Below, piece by piece: positions 27,272 to 37,001 of a DNA stretch of 64,000 bases; within the stretch, counting starts at the first letter, position 1, and the number at the start of each line of letters is the position of its first letter. Both the position numbers and the translations under genes were made by a program. The stretch spans positions 4,170 to 68,169 of the forward strand of contig JAWLHQ010000008.1 of assembly GCA_041690215.1 (NCBI GenBank), written 5' to 3'. This DNA is from Rhodothermales bacterium (GTDB taxonomy: Bacteria; Bacteroidota; Rhodothermia; Rhodothermales; DASSAV01). Below the pieces are notes generated by a model. It was not told where the DNA came from. It made no database searches and saw nothing but the letters and a program-made list of their open reading frames with translations.

Positions 27272-28540
27272 ATGAAACGTACGATTCCGATCTTGGTGCT
27301 CCTGGGCGGTTGCGCATTCACGCAATCGCAGCAGGAGTACACACTTCATACCTTCACTAAAAAGGTGTTGTCGGAGCAGTTCCTTGCCGAAGGCTCCAAC
27401 TTTGGCGACTTCAACCGCGACGGCGTCATAGACATTGTCGCAGGACCCTACTGGTATGAAGGACCGGATTTCACGCAGAAGCACGAGTACTATCCAGTCA
27501 GGGAGTTCGACCCGGAACATTACTCGGATAACTTCTTCGCGCATGCCTATGATTTCAACGAGGATGGATGGAACGACATCCTCATCGTAGGATTTCCGGG
27601 CGAGGATGCCAGCTGGTATGAAAACCCCGGGGAGGAGGGAGGCCACTGGCAGCGACACAAGGTTTTCGACATCGTCAATAACGAATCGCCCGCCTGGGCA
27701 GACCTGACAGGCGATGGCCGGCCGGAGTTGGTCTTCATCTATGACGGATACTACGGCTATGCCGGACCTGACCCGAACGACGCGACCCAACCCTGGGTGT
27801 TTCACCCCATTTCATCAAAGGGTCCGTGGGAGCGGTTCACGCATGGGCTCGGTATTGGCGACGTGAACGGCGACGGGCGAAACGATATCCTGGAGAAGGA
27901 CGGCTGGTGGGAGCAACCGGAGTCGCTCGATGGCGACCCGGTCTGGACCCATCACCCCGCCAATTTCGGAGAGGGCGGTTCTCAGATGTACGCCTACGAC
28001 GTGGATGGTGACGGCGACAACGACGTCATTACCAGCCTGAAAGCACACGGCTACGGCCTAGCCTGGTACGAACAGGTACAGGAGGACGAGTTCGTCCAGC
28101 ACATCATCATGACGGACCGGCCCGAGAACAACCGGTACGGTCTCAGCTTCTCCCAACTCCACGCCATAGACCTCGTTGATATGGACGGCGACGGCGTAAA
28201 GGACATCGTAACAGGCAAGCGCCACTGGGCGCATGGTTCCAGTGGTGACTCCGATGCCGATACGCCTTCCGTGATCTACTGGTTTAGAACCGTCCGCAGC
28301 GGCGATGGGCAGACCGTCGATTTCGTTCCATACCTGATCGACGGTGAATCCGGGGTTGGAGTGCAACTCATCGTGGGCGACTTGAACGGGGATGAGTTGC
28401 CTGATCTGGTATCCAGCAATAAACAGGGAACCATCATCCTGCTACACGAACGGCAGACTGTCAGCCGGGAAGCCTGGGAAGCAGCCCAGCCAAAGCCGCG
28501 CACCGCTTCCAGTCAGGTAGCCAATGAAACGACTGAATAG
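27272..28540 (+). CDS. FG-GAP/VCBS repeat beta-propeller, probable lipoprotein
   Basis: Signal peptide with LGGC lipobox; seven DxDxDGxxD-type repeats (DFNRDGVID, DFNEDGWND, DLTGDGRPE, DVNGDGRND, DVDGDGDND, DMDGDGVKD, DLNGDELPD). Confidence 0.88.
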   Translation: MKRTIPILVLLGGCAFTQSQQEYTLHTFTKKVLSEQFLAEGSNFGDFNRDGVIDIVAGPYWYEGPDFTQKHEYYPVREFDPEHYSDNFFAHAYDFNEDGWNDILIVGFPGEDASWYENPGEEGGHWQRHKVFDIVNNESPAWADLTGDGRPELVFIYDGYYGYAGPDPNDATQPWVFHPISSKGPWERFTHGLGIGDVNGDGRNDILEKDGWWEQPESLDGDPVWTHHPANFGEGGSQMYAYDVDGDGDNDVITSLKAHGYGLAWYEQVQEDEFVQHIIMTDRPENNRYGLSFSQLHAIDLVDMDGDGVKDIVTGKRHWAHGSSGDSDADTPSVIYWFRTVRSGDGQTVDFVPYLIDGESGVGVQLIVGDLNGDELPDLVSSNKQGTIILLHERQTVSREAWEAAQPKPRTASSQVANETTE

Positions 28541-28769
28541 CTGTGCACACACCATGCGCCGAATGCACTGAAGGAAGGCTGTGTCTCTACCTTTTGGTGA
28601 GGTGCTAACGTGGTCGGGAGAGACTGAAACTCAATTTGCAGGAGGCTGGATAGCTGACGGGCAGGCGCTGAAGTTGCTTCAGCATCGTGTTTACGCATCC
28701 ACTCAGAGTTCAGGCTTTCCGGAAATATGAACGGTACCACGGCCCAGTACTTGCCTAAATGCGAGCCTA

Positions 28770-29903
28770 TCAAACGTATGTCTTCAGCCACTCGTAGCTG
28801 CGTTGCTGCGCAATCGGAGGCATGCTGTGCCCCTGCCGATGATTCAGCAGGCCTACGCGGTGCGGCTTCCCGTAGAGATCGTAGACAGGCAGCGCAGCCT
28901 CGATGAAGGGAAGGCTGTGCTCCCCATCTGCTGAATTGCCACCGACAAGCAAAAAAGGACGGGGGGCGATCAGGCCAAGAAGCTCGTGATGTTCTCGTCC
29001 GAAGGCCCGCATCCCTTCACCCAGGTACCAGGGGGCATCCCAGTTGGAGTGGCCCGTGCCGATACCGCCCTCGCTGCTGACGACCGCACGCACGCGGGAG
29101 TCGAAGGCGGCCAGGTAGAGCACCTCCTTTCCGCCGAGCGAGTGGCCGATGATGCCGATGCGGTTCGGGTCGACGTCACCAAGACTTTCGAGCACGTCCA
29201 GCCCACGCTGCGCATCAAAGAGCATCTTGGCCATGCCCGTCGAGCCGGGATAGCGCTGCATGAAGCGCTCGGTCTGCTCCTCATAGGAGCGCTCACCCCG
29301 GTCATGCCACAGGAAGCACATGGGGCAAAACGCCACAAAGCCCTGACGAGCGAGGTCCAAGGCGAATGCCTTCTCCGGGGCGCCTTCTACGCCGGCCGGT
29401 TGGCGGATCGTCTCGTTGACCGTCGAGTGCAGTGCAAGCACAGCAGGACGCCGGTCCCGAACCTCCGCAGGTCGCAGGAGGTAGCCCTGTACCGTGATGC
29501 CCGGCTCGCCCTCATAGGCCACGAGCTGCCTGATTACGCCGTCGGGCCGGTCCTCTTCCAGAACCTCTAGGCGCGGCGGATTCGAGTTGGGCGGCAGGGG
29601 ACCCAGATAGTCGAGCCAGACTGCACGGAGTTCCTCTCTGTGTCTTTCCCATGCAGAGCGAGACGTGATCGGCTGGCCGGAAGAGTCAGTCAGAAGAGGA
29701 TGCAAGGGAGGTGTGCCTTCGGGAAGCGCACCGCCCCTCTGCTCGAGCTCGCCGAGCCAGGGGACGTCCCGTATCGAATCATTCCGCTGCGAGGGGGAGC
29801 CGCACGCCCGGAAACCCGTGCTGGCGACGAGCGCCAGGACTGACGATTGCAGGAAGGCTCGGCGGGGCATCGTCTCACCCGGAACGCGGGGTCGCATCTC
29901 CAT
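28770..29903 (-). CDS. Tat-exported alpha/beta hydrolase (dienelactone hydrolase / esterase family)
   Basis: GHSLGG nucleophile elbow, PRPFLLVGG..D, C-terminal GHS; RRAFL twin-arginine signal. Start is 29903 or 29870 rather than 30005. Confidence 0.85.
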   Translation of the reverse strand: MEMRPRVPGETMPRRAFLQSSVLALVASTGFRACGSPSQRNDSIRDVPWLGELEQRGGALPEGTPPLHPLLTDSSGQPITSRSAWERHREELRAVWLDYLGPLPPNSNPPRLEVLEEDRPDGVIRQLVAYEGEPGITVQGYLLRPAEVRDRRPAVLALHSTVNETIRQPAGVEGAPEKAFALDLARQGFVAFCPMCFLWHDRGERSYEEQTERFMQRYPGSTGMAKMLFDAQRGLDVLESLGDVDPNRIGIIGHSLGGKEVLYLAAFDSRVRAVVSSEGGIGTGHSNWDAPWYLGEGMRAFGREHHELLGLIAPRPFLLVGGNSADGEHSLPFIEAALPVYDLYGKPHRVGLLNHRQGHSMPPIAQQRSYEWLKTYV

Positions 29904-30020
29904 GGCGAATTCGTTCGTTGTCCTTGCCAGATCAGACAGGCGTTCCAGCCAGAATGGCAAGCAGAAGTTGTGTAGGGCGGAGAACTTCCCTGAACATACC
30001 GCCACTAAGAAGGCCGATCA

Positions 30021-30247
30021 ATGGAAACGCATAGACAACGTGCTGAATCGCGAAGGTTCGCAACTATCATATCGAACAGATCGCTCCGGCTCCTGGCTAG
30101 CAAAGCGCCCCAACCACCCAAGCCGAAGAAGCTCAGCGTGGAACTGGACCCGGACTTTTACAATGCTGCCGTAGCCCGCGCCAAAGCCGACGGCATCACG
30201 CTGCCGACCTAACTGGGCATTTATTGCGCATCTACCTGGAGCCGTGA
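30021..30247 (+). pseudogene. Frameshifted ribbon-helix-helix (RHH) protein
   Basis: KLSVELDPDFYNAAVARAKADGITLP stops at 30210-30212, but the shifted frame continues LTGHLLRIYLEP* (stop 30245-30247), completing a copy of the downstream RHH gene. Start uncertain. Confidence 0.55.
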
Positions 30248-30341
30248 CTGATCCTTAACGGCTTTAGCTGCAACACAGATAATAGTGCAGCAGGGGGGAA
30301 GAGGGATAATTTCAACACAGCTAAGCAAACCTCCTAGGTCC

Positions 30342-30464
30342 ATGAAGTTGAATGTACAGCTGGATCCGGACGTTTACGATGCCGTGGCAATTAAGACAAG
30401 GCAGGATGATATCACGATCCCGAAGCTCATTCGGCTTTTATTCCGTTTGCATCTCGGGTTTTAG
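30342..30464 (+). CDS. 40-aa ribbon-helix-helix DNA-binding protein
   Basis: Translated by hand: MKLNVQLDPDVYDAVAIKTRQDDITIPKLIRLLFRLHLGF*; alternating beta-strand then two helices; below the ORF-track cutoff. Confidence 0.65.
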   Translation: MKLNVQLDPDVYDAVAIKTRQDDITIPKLIRLLFRLHLGF

Positions 30465-30599
30465 ACTCGCCTTCCGATTACGGCCTTAATATGAGGTAAG
30501 TCCAGTCGATATGAGGAGATAGGTGAGGGGCTAGACTAGAAGCTTCTTCACTGCTTTTGAAGTATTACATCATCTCTTATCGTCTCGCACGCTCTCGAC

Positions 30600-30911
30600 A
30601 TGATCCATGCCTTCGCTATCCTGGCATTCGCCGCCGGTGGAATCTGTGGTCTAATCTTCTTTCTGTTCCTCTTTGCCGGCGATTCAGAAAGTCTCGCAAT
30701 GCTCTCCTTAACCTTTGTATCCCTGCTCTCTGGGGCCATCCTTTGGGGCTTTGCTGAGATAAAAGATGATGTGCGGCAGCTTAGGTTGGCCCTCGCACCA
30801 TCAACTCTAGACAAGATGCGGTCAGCTAAGGAAGAGATCGAGTGCCAGCGATGCCATATGAACAACCCTAAGGGAAGCACACACTGCATCAGGTGCGAGA
30901 GGCCCATCTAA
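30600..30911 (+). CDS. Small membrane protein with C-terminal zinc ribbon
   Basis: Two TM segments, then CQRC...CIRC. Confidence 0.7.
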   Translation: MIHAFAILAFAAGGICGLIFFLFLFAGDSESLAMLSLTFVSLLSGAILWGFAEIKDDVRQLRLALAPSTLDKMRSAKEEIECQRCHMNNPKGSTHCIRCERPI

Positions 30912-31312
30912 TGGCTTTCCAAACACCCCAGGCCCAATTCATCCAACGTATCGCCCGGCGGGGCGCGGCACTCGCGCTCTACCCGCACGTCAACGGCGGC
31001 CCCATCCAGGTTATAGCCGCCGTTGACGTGCGGCCCATTGAGCGGAACGGCCGCCTCGAGGCCATCATGCTCTACGAGCCCTTTGCCGCGTACACGGGCG
31101 GCGTTCACCGCCTGCCTTTTGACGAGGCGCGCATCGTCCACATCAAATCCATCGAATTCATCCAGGGCAGCCGCACGACCGCTGTCCTCGAACAGCCCGA
31201 CCCGATCGATTACCCAGAGGTATGGGCCACACTTGATGCGTGGTACGTGCACCTGGAGGATCCGGAGAACCGCCGCCGGCACGAGCAAGCGATCCGGCAG
31301 GAGTACGGTTAG
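30911..31312 (+). CDS. Hypothetical protein
   Basis: 133 aa from ATG 30911, coupled to the previous stop; GC-rich coding-like composition; no motif recognised. Confidence 0.55.
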   Translation: MAFQTPQAQFIQRIARRGAALALYPHVNGGPIQVIAAVDVRPIERNGRLEAIMLYEPFAAYTGGVHRLPFDEARIVHIKSIEFIQGSRTTAVLEQPDPIDYPEVWATLDAWYVHLEDPENRRRHEQAIRQEYG

Positions 31313-31571
31313 ATTGATGCAGATCGGGGACAGGTTCGCCTGATCTATCTGCACGCCTTCTATTCCGCATAAGTAATGTTATTGGGAATTATTGCTGGTC
31401 GGATAACATCTCGGATTTGCCGCTCCCCGGCGTGCCGGGGACGCGAGCGTGCGCCGTCTCACGGCACAACGCGCCTGACTGCAAACCTGATCATAGCCGG
31501 CGCATCGTAACCGAATCGATTTTTCTCTCTAACCCGCGGCCCGGCGCCATACCGCGCCTGACCTGGTACAC

Positions 31572-31982
31572 TCACATCCATTCCTCCAGGATGCCATTGG
31601 CCATCTGGCGTTCTGACTGTTGCTTCGCCAGATGCTTCCGGACCATGGCCTGGATATCCTCGCGGGTGAACGGCTTGGCCAGGAAATCATCGAACCCCTC
31701 GGCCAGCAGCGCTTCCCGCTTGCCCGGTTCGCTGGACGCCGTGCATGCGATGATCGGCGTTTTCGCATACCGGGGATCGGCCCGAATCGCGTGCAGCAGG
31801 TCTATGCCCGTGATGCCCGGCCCAAGCTGGATATCAAGAAAGATCAGGTCGTAGGTTGTGCTTAACAAAAGAGGGATCGCCTCCTCGGCGGTAGCTGCAG
31901 CATCGGTGCTGATGAGGCCCTGCATGAAACGGCGGGCTATGAAAGAGATTTCGGGTCTGTCCTCGACTAGTAGACAACGCAC
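31572..31982 (-). CDS. Single-domain response regulator (CheY-like receiver)
   Basis: LLVED, DLIFLDIQL (phospho-Asp), PIIACTA, FLAKPF all intact. Confidence 0.9.
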   Translation of the reverse strand: MRCLLVEDRPEISFIARRFMQGLISTDAAATAEEAIPLLLSTTYDLIFLDIQLGPGITGIDLLHAIRADPRYAKTPIIACTASSEPGKREALLAEGFDDFLAKPFTREDIQAMVRKHLAKQQSERQMANGILEEWM

Positions 31983-32866
31983 TCTTTTGTCCTAATTAAG
32001 AACGCAGGGTAGCCCCAACACGTCCGTTATCTGGTTAATGGAACGCGGGCTCGATCATGCAGGGGGAGGATGCCAACAGACATGCCGAACCGTACAACAC
32101 ATCGGGGATATCGGCAAACCCGGCAAGGACTTAATACCTGACTCCTGTGTTCACATCAGATTCATCAACCTCTATCTGACCCCAGGCCCGGCTCCTCGCT
32201 TAACCCGCCGCAGGCCCGGCCTTTCTCTCACCCTCTTGTGCGCCGGCCCCTGACCCGGTCCTCCGCAGGCCAGCGCATACCGACCTGTATCTCCTGTCTC
32301 GCTTAGGCCGGCCCCCTACTCGGCCTACCGCAGGCCCGCCACGCTCGGTGATCCTTCTGCCATCCGGCCACGATCGGAGCCGCCAGCTCCCTCCCGGCAA
32401 TGACCGCCCGTCCAGCAGCCGGCGAGAACCGGAAAAGACACTCCGCTCGATCCTCCCCTTTCTGTTTGGTCTCTTCGGGGCTCTGTCGATTGAATGCACC
32501 GGGGGGCAAAAACAAGGTCTTTCCAATGCTCCGGCAAGGGCGCTCCACGTCCGTATTGTAAAAAGCCCTTCCCGCCAACCCGACGCCGCTTTTCACAATC
32601 CGGCAGACCCTTGCCTTCGCCGCGCGACCCGCCCGCAAATGGGATAACTAGCACCCCGGTGCATGTTTTTGAACAATGAGCATGTATGTACGCCACAAAG
32701 GCTGTCAAAACAGGTGGCCAACCATAGTCTGTCAACTTCCCCAGCCGCACCGGCGTAATAGCAGGTGATCATCTCACGGGTTGTATACTCAGACCACAGA
32801 TGGATCGCACACCGCAGTCCAGGCAACGAGCATTAGCGTGGTAATGCCTGTCTGTGCACCCTGAGC

Positions 32867-33349
32867 CTAATGCGAGGCCGGTGGTGTCCGGTGGTCCCAC
32901 GACGTGTCCGGCAGTACGACCATATCCTTCCAGAATAAAGATAAACTCCGGAAGAGTTTCCGCGCGTCCTCGCCCGAATAATTGGGTCTCAACACCACTG
33001 CATTTACGCCCTCGCTGTACCATGCCTCCACGTCCTCCAGTGCAAAATCCGGCCGGAGCAGCATCACCAGCGGGAGCGTCTTGAATGTATCCGAATGCTT
33101 GAGAGCCATCATAAGCTGCCTGAGTCGCTCACGTCCCTCATCGTTGTGATGGTCCAGGTCGAAAATGATAAGCCCGGGTCGATCCCGAAGCTTCTCTGTG
33201 AGGAGGCTGCTGTTGATGAACGCCAGCGCATCCCCGCCCCTGGCCGACCTTATGCCGTGCTCTGGCCAGCCGACCTCCACGAGAAGTTGTCTGTCCTCTG
33301 CTTCGGCTTCTTCATCTTCGGCGATTATCAGCACCCAATCATTCTTCAT
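32867..33349 (-). CDS. Atypical single-domain receiver (Rcp1-like)
   Basis: IIAEDE, PGLIIFDLD, LKHSDTFKTLPLVML, WYSEGVNAVVLRP and a terminal FW motif; conserved T/S and K are replaced. Confidence 0.75.
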   Translation of the reverse strand: MKNDWVLIIAEDEEAEAEDRQLLVEVGWPEHGIRSARGGDALAFINSSLLTEKLRDRPGLIIFDLDHHNDEGRERLRQLMMALKHSDTFKTLPLVMLLRPDFALEDVEAWYSEGVNAVVLRPNYSGEDARKLFRSLSLFWKDMVVLPDTSWDHRTPPASH

Positions 33350-33592
33350 TGAGCCGCCCGGTTAATGCTGTCGTGATGTGCACATGCACCGCAGCTTCAT
33401 TCTACGAATCTGCTGAGTGGGCAACATAGATCCGTATGCGCTGAACCAGTAACAATATCGAATAGTGCGATGCGCTCTACCTCTCTCCCGATACATGTGA
33501 GATAATCCAGGCTATACTGGCAGCCCCGCCTTCCACATGTATTCCGCTCCAGGCTGGCCTCGTCGATCCACGTAAGAATAGCGTGGTACAAG

Positions 33593-34444
33593 ATGCTGAC
33601 AATCATGATAGCGAAGCACGTCCTATGCAGTATTGCCGTCACAGCGTGCATCATGCTGTTCACGCTGCTACCGTTCCTTCCAGGGCGGTACGACAGCCTT
33701 GCGGTGCCGCTGTCGGTAATGGCTCAACTCATCGGGATAGCCGGGCTGTTGCTCGTGCCCGTCGGGGTCCTCTGGTTAGATGCTGGACACCGGCGATCAC
33801 ATGCAGGGAAGCATTATGCGCTGGGCATAGCGACACTGATCGTATCGTCGGTGGTCTGGTTCGTCGCATCGGTGGCTGCGGCCGCGTTTGGCGGGCTATC
33901 TTTTGGCCTCATAGCTCTTGTCCTGGGTAGCTACGCACTGGTAAGGGTGAGACCGAAACTGAAAGCGCTGGAGGAAGCAGGGCCGGAACTAGCAAAGCGG
34001 GTAGCGCTCTATCTCATCGTCGTGCCCATTGCCGTATTCGCGCTTCAGCGGGCCACCGTCGCTCGGTTAGTCGAGTTCAGCAGGAGCCGTGCCATCCAGA
34101 ACAGCGAGCGACTGATTGCCGACATCGAGGCCTACCGCGTTGTTCACGGCCGTTATCCATCCTCACTGCAGTCGGTAAACACAGACTATTCGCCCGGGCT
34201 GATCGGCATCAGAAGGTATTGCTACGAACCGCACGGCGACGCTTACAATCTGTTCTTCGAGCAGTTCGCGATCCCTCTCGATGCAAGAGAGTTCGTCGTG
34301 TATAACCCCCGCGACCAACAGGTTGTGACGAGTCACGATATGGACCTGCTCCTGTATTCGGGGCAGCAATTGGAAAGGAGGCGGGGCTACTACGCCGTTC
34401 ACGAGGCGATGTATCCGCACTGGAAATATTTCTGGTTCGATTGA
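33593..34444 (+). CDS. Hypothetical membrane protein (N-terminal TM helices + soluble C-domain)
   Basis: 283 aa with ~5 hydrophobic segments, then a soluble domain ending HWKYFWFD. Confidence 0.7.
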   Translation: MLTIMIAKHVLCSIAVTACIMLFTLLPFLPGRYDSLAVPLSVMAQLIGIAGLLLVPVGVLWLDAGHRRSHAGKHYALGIATLIVSSVVWFVASVAAAAFGGLSFGLIALVLGSYALVRVRPKLKALEEAGPELAKRVALYLIVVPIAVFALQRATVARLVEFSRSRAIQNSERLIADIEAYRVVHGRYPSSLQSVNTDYSPGLIGIRRYCYEPHGDAYNLFFEQFAIPLDAREFVVYNPRDQQVVTSHDMDLLLYSGQQLERRRGYYAVHEAMYPHWKYFWFD

Positions 34445-34545
34445 AAAGCCGACACCGCCCCACTCCAGTACCTCCGTTCCGGCTCCGCCTACACTCCGTG
34501 ACTTGCGTTATGCGAATCGGGTCTATGCATGTAGAAGGCGTGGAC

Positions 34546-34770
34546 TTACTCTTCCTCTTCTTCCTCCTGCCACAGTGATTTCCGCTGCGGCTCGGAGCGG
34601 GCCTGCTCCCAGTAATGCACTTCCGCAGTTCGATCGACCACCCCATTGGGCGTGCGAGACACGAATCTCCCCTTTCCAGTGTACTCCATGAGTGCGACCG
34701 TTCGTTCTGTCCACACGAAGACCGTCATTGGTCGCTCGGGAAGTTTCTCATCGATTCTGTATCGGGCCAT
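34546..34770 (-). CDS. Small hypothetical protein
   Basis: 74 aa with a GAGGA RBS upstream; beta-rich with a poly-Glu tail. Confidence 0.5.
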   Translation of the reverse strand: MARYRIDEKLPERPMTVFVWTERTVALMEYTGKGRFVSRTPNGVVDRTAEVHYWEQARSEPQRKSLWQEEEEEE

Positions 34771-35097
34771 TCTTTATCCTCATCTACAGCTCTTCTCGTT
34801 ACATGACCGTAGCATATACGCTGCTGATTGCTCTCTGTGCCGCTTCGTAGGTACCGCCTGCATCACCGGCATCTCCCCGGTATGGAACCTGTGCAATAAC
34901 ACAATGGGGCAGGTGCAATTATTTCACATACTTATACCGGAAGCACAGTCGCCCTACCTCGAAATGAGCCCAATAAAGGCAATCTTGTAACGGAACGGTT
35001 ATGCGGGCCTGTATTTTGCTCACGGTGGAAGCGTATGGCACGCTCGCTGCACTCATAGTGAGGTGTTGAATTTCCCGCAGCGTAGACCGGAGGAGGT

Positions 35098-35544
35098 ATG
35101 ATGACCAGGTGGGGAACGAATATGTGGTTTTCCGTTGCACTGATTGTACTTTGCTTTGCATCCGCGCTCGGACGCGGCAACAACTCGCCTGCTGAAGGCA
35201 ACAGAGATGGGTCAGCAACACCGGAGTCCGTCTACGTCGAGGACGTGATCGGTGCCCTTGAGCGTACGACGCAGGAGATGGCCACCCTCTCGCATCTAGC
35301 CGGGCTGAATGCGGAGCACGTCCGGACGGTGGACGTGGATGAACTCGTGAACGATAACGACGAGGCCTCTCAAATCCTGGAAGAGATGATGATGACGCGA
35401 GAAAACACCATTCTCTCTTTACGTGAGGCCATCGGTTCACGCGTGGAAATGCTTCAAGCTTTACGAGCGCAAGCCCTTGAGCTGAGTCAAGTGATTGCCG
35501 TGGATGTTCTGGAAGATGGCTCTGTAATCGTCTTCTGTAAGTAA
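35098..35544 (+). CDS. Exported hypothetical protein
   Basis: GGAGGAGG RBS; N-terminal signal peptide (WFSVALIVLCFASALG); acidic helical body. Confidence 0.7.
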   Translation: MMTRWGTNMWFSVALIVLCFASALGRGNNSPAEGNRDGSATPESVYVEDVIGALERTTQEMATLSHLAGLNAEHVRTVDVDELVNDNDEASQILEEMMMTRENTILSLREAIGSRVEMLQALRAQALELSQVIAVDVLEDGSVIVFCK

Positions 35545-35873
35545 GTATAATCCTTGAATCTTCTGAGAGCCGGCTGTTCAAGGAAATGGCATCCGACCGG
35601 AGGATTGCTTTTCGCACGTCTCTACGTACACTTCCTCCAATGCTGTGGCATTGACGTGACCTGATTACCTAACGCATACACGCCTCCATTTTATGACGGA
35701 ATGAGATGCCGTGGGTGCGGACGCGAAGATTAGAATAGGTGGATCCATTCCCTGGCAGTGTTGTGCAACAGTGAAGGAGTAAACCTGAAATCGAAAGGCG
35801 TGCGGACCAATAACTGAACAAAAGATATCCAGCACCATCACGTAGACACCAGGCCGCACGTCCCTCGTGAGCG

Positions 35874-36098
35874 ATGAGCTGGTATGCATCGGAGTCGAAT
35901 ATGACAGAACGTGAGGTTCGTCACGAGATTCGCAACCGGCTTGCTATCATCCGGCTTGCCGAAACCATTCTCAAAAGCGAGTCGAGAACGGACGAACAGG
36001 AGAAGCGAGCCCGCAAGATGTTACTGGATGCCCGGGCTGACCTCGAACAGATGCGCCCACTCCTTAGCGATGAAGATCGGGCATACCTGGACGCATGA
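35874..36098 (+). CDS. Stand-alone HisKA/DHp-like protein
   Basis: 74 aa (alternative ATG 35901). VRHEIRNRLAIIRLAETIL resembles a histidine-kinase H-box followed by a second helix; no ATPase domain. Confidence 0.55.
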   Translation: MSWYASESNMTEREVRHEIRNRLAIIRLAETILKSESRTDEQEKRARKMLLDARADLEQMRPLLSDEDRAYLDA

Positions 36099-36431
36099 GC
36101 CGAACCCGATCTTGGAATCGTTGCGCGACACAATTCCCACGATGCGGCCTACCGGATAGCGCACTTATTCCCCTACGCATGAGCCGGCAAGGAAAGAGGG
36201 GCTTTGATGCACAGCGATTGCCCCAACGGCACAAAACTTGATGACGAAAGCAAGCAGTCTGATAGCCAACACATCACCGTTGCGCCACCAGACGTCGTAG
36301 CACGGTAGCTCTGGCCCTAGCCAAGACCCGACCTCATGCGCCTGGCTCGTCAGCACCATAGCGTCGGGAATCTGGCCTGGTACATAGAGCCAGTATTAGG
36401 CGATAGTGTAGAAACCAAGGAAGTGCGTACA

Positions 36432-36947
36432 TTGCAGTTATCGAGCATCCTTCTTACATGCATGTTTCTCCTGTTCTCAGCAGGAGCCGGATGTGGGGAC
36501 ACGAGCCGTTTCGAGGCAAATAAAATCGCCCCCTTTGCTGACAACCCTTCTGCCTCATTAAAACCGGTCGAGACCCGGTCTCCGCAGGTTGAGTCCTGGC
36601 AATTCACGGGCTGCTCGGACATGCGGGAAACGAACCATACGCTCATTTTTAGCGGCAATGCCCTATCTGCACTAACCGAAGGCGATACACTGTTTGTCTT
36701 CACACAGGATGGCCTGTGTGCAGGGAAAAGCGATGCGTTCTCCGGAAAGAACTTTGCCATTGCCGCCTGGGGCGACGATTCGGCTACCGAGCAGCGGGAC
36801 GGGCTCACATCGAACGAAAACTTCCAGCTCGTTCTCAAGTCGACTCGCTTCCCTGAACCAGTAATTATGACGGCGATTGACGCAGAAGGCCCTTTATCGT
36901 ATCAACCCGACGGCATTACGGTCATCAAGGCTATGAGGCCCGAATAG
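36432..36947 (+). CDS. Putative lipoprotein, paralogue of 50885..51361
   Basis: AGAGC lipobox-like; GDTLFVFTQDGLCAGKS...FAIAAWGDDSAT...DG module. Start uncertain (ORF open from 36336). Confidence 0.6.
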   Translation: MQLSSILLTCMFLLFSAGAGCGDTSRFEANKIAPFADNPSASLKPVETRSPQVESWQFTGCSDMRETNHTLIFSGNALSALTEGDTLFVFTQDGLCAGKSDAFSGKNFAIAAWGDDSATEQRDGLTSNENFQLVLKSTRFPEPVIMTAIDAEGPLSYQPDGITVIKAMRPE

Positions 36948-37001
36948 CAACTTGAGATCGACGCAATGCTGTACCGGATGCTACCCGCCGCTACGTAAGA
37001 G

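Noticed and set aside
31318-31353. Hairpin TGCAGAT...CAGG-TTCG-CCTG...ATCTGCA after the 30911 gene
   Set aside because: Interrupted stem and no U tract; not enough to call a terminator or RNA.
34546-34563. (GAA/GAG)n purine run
   Set aside because: Just encodes the poly-Glu tail of a small ORF.
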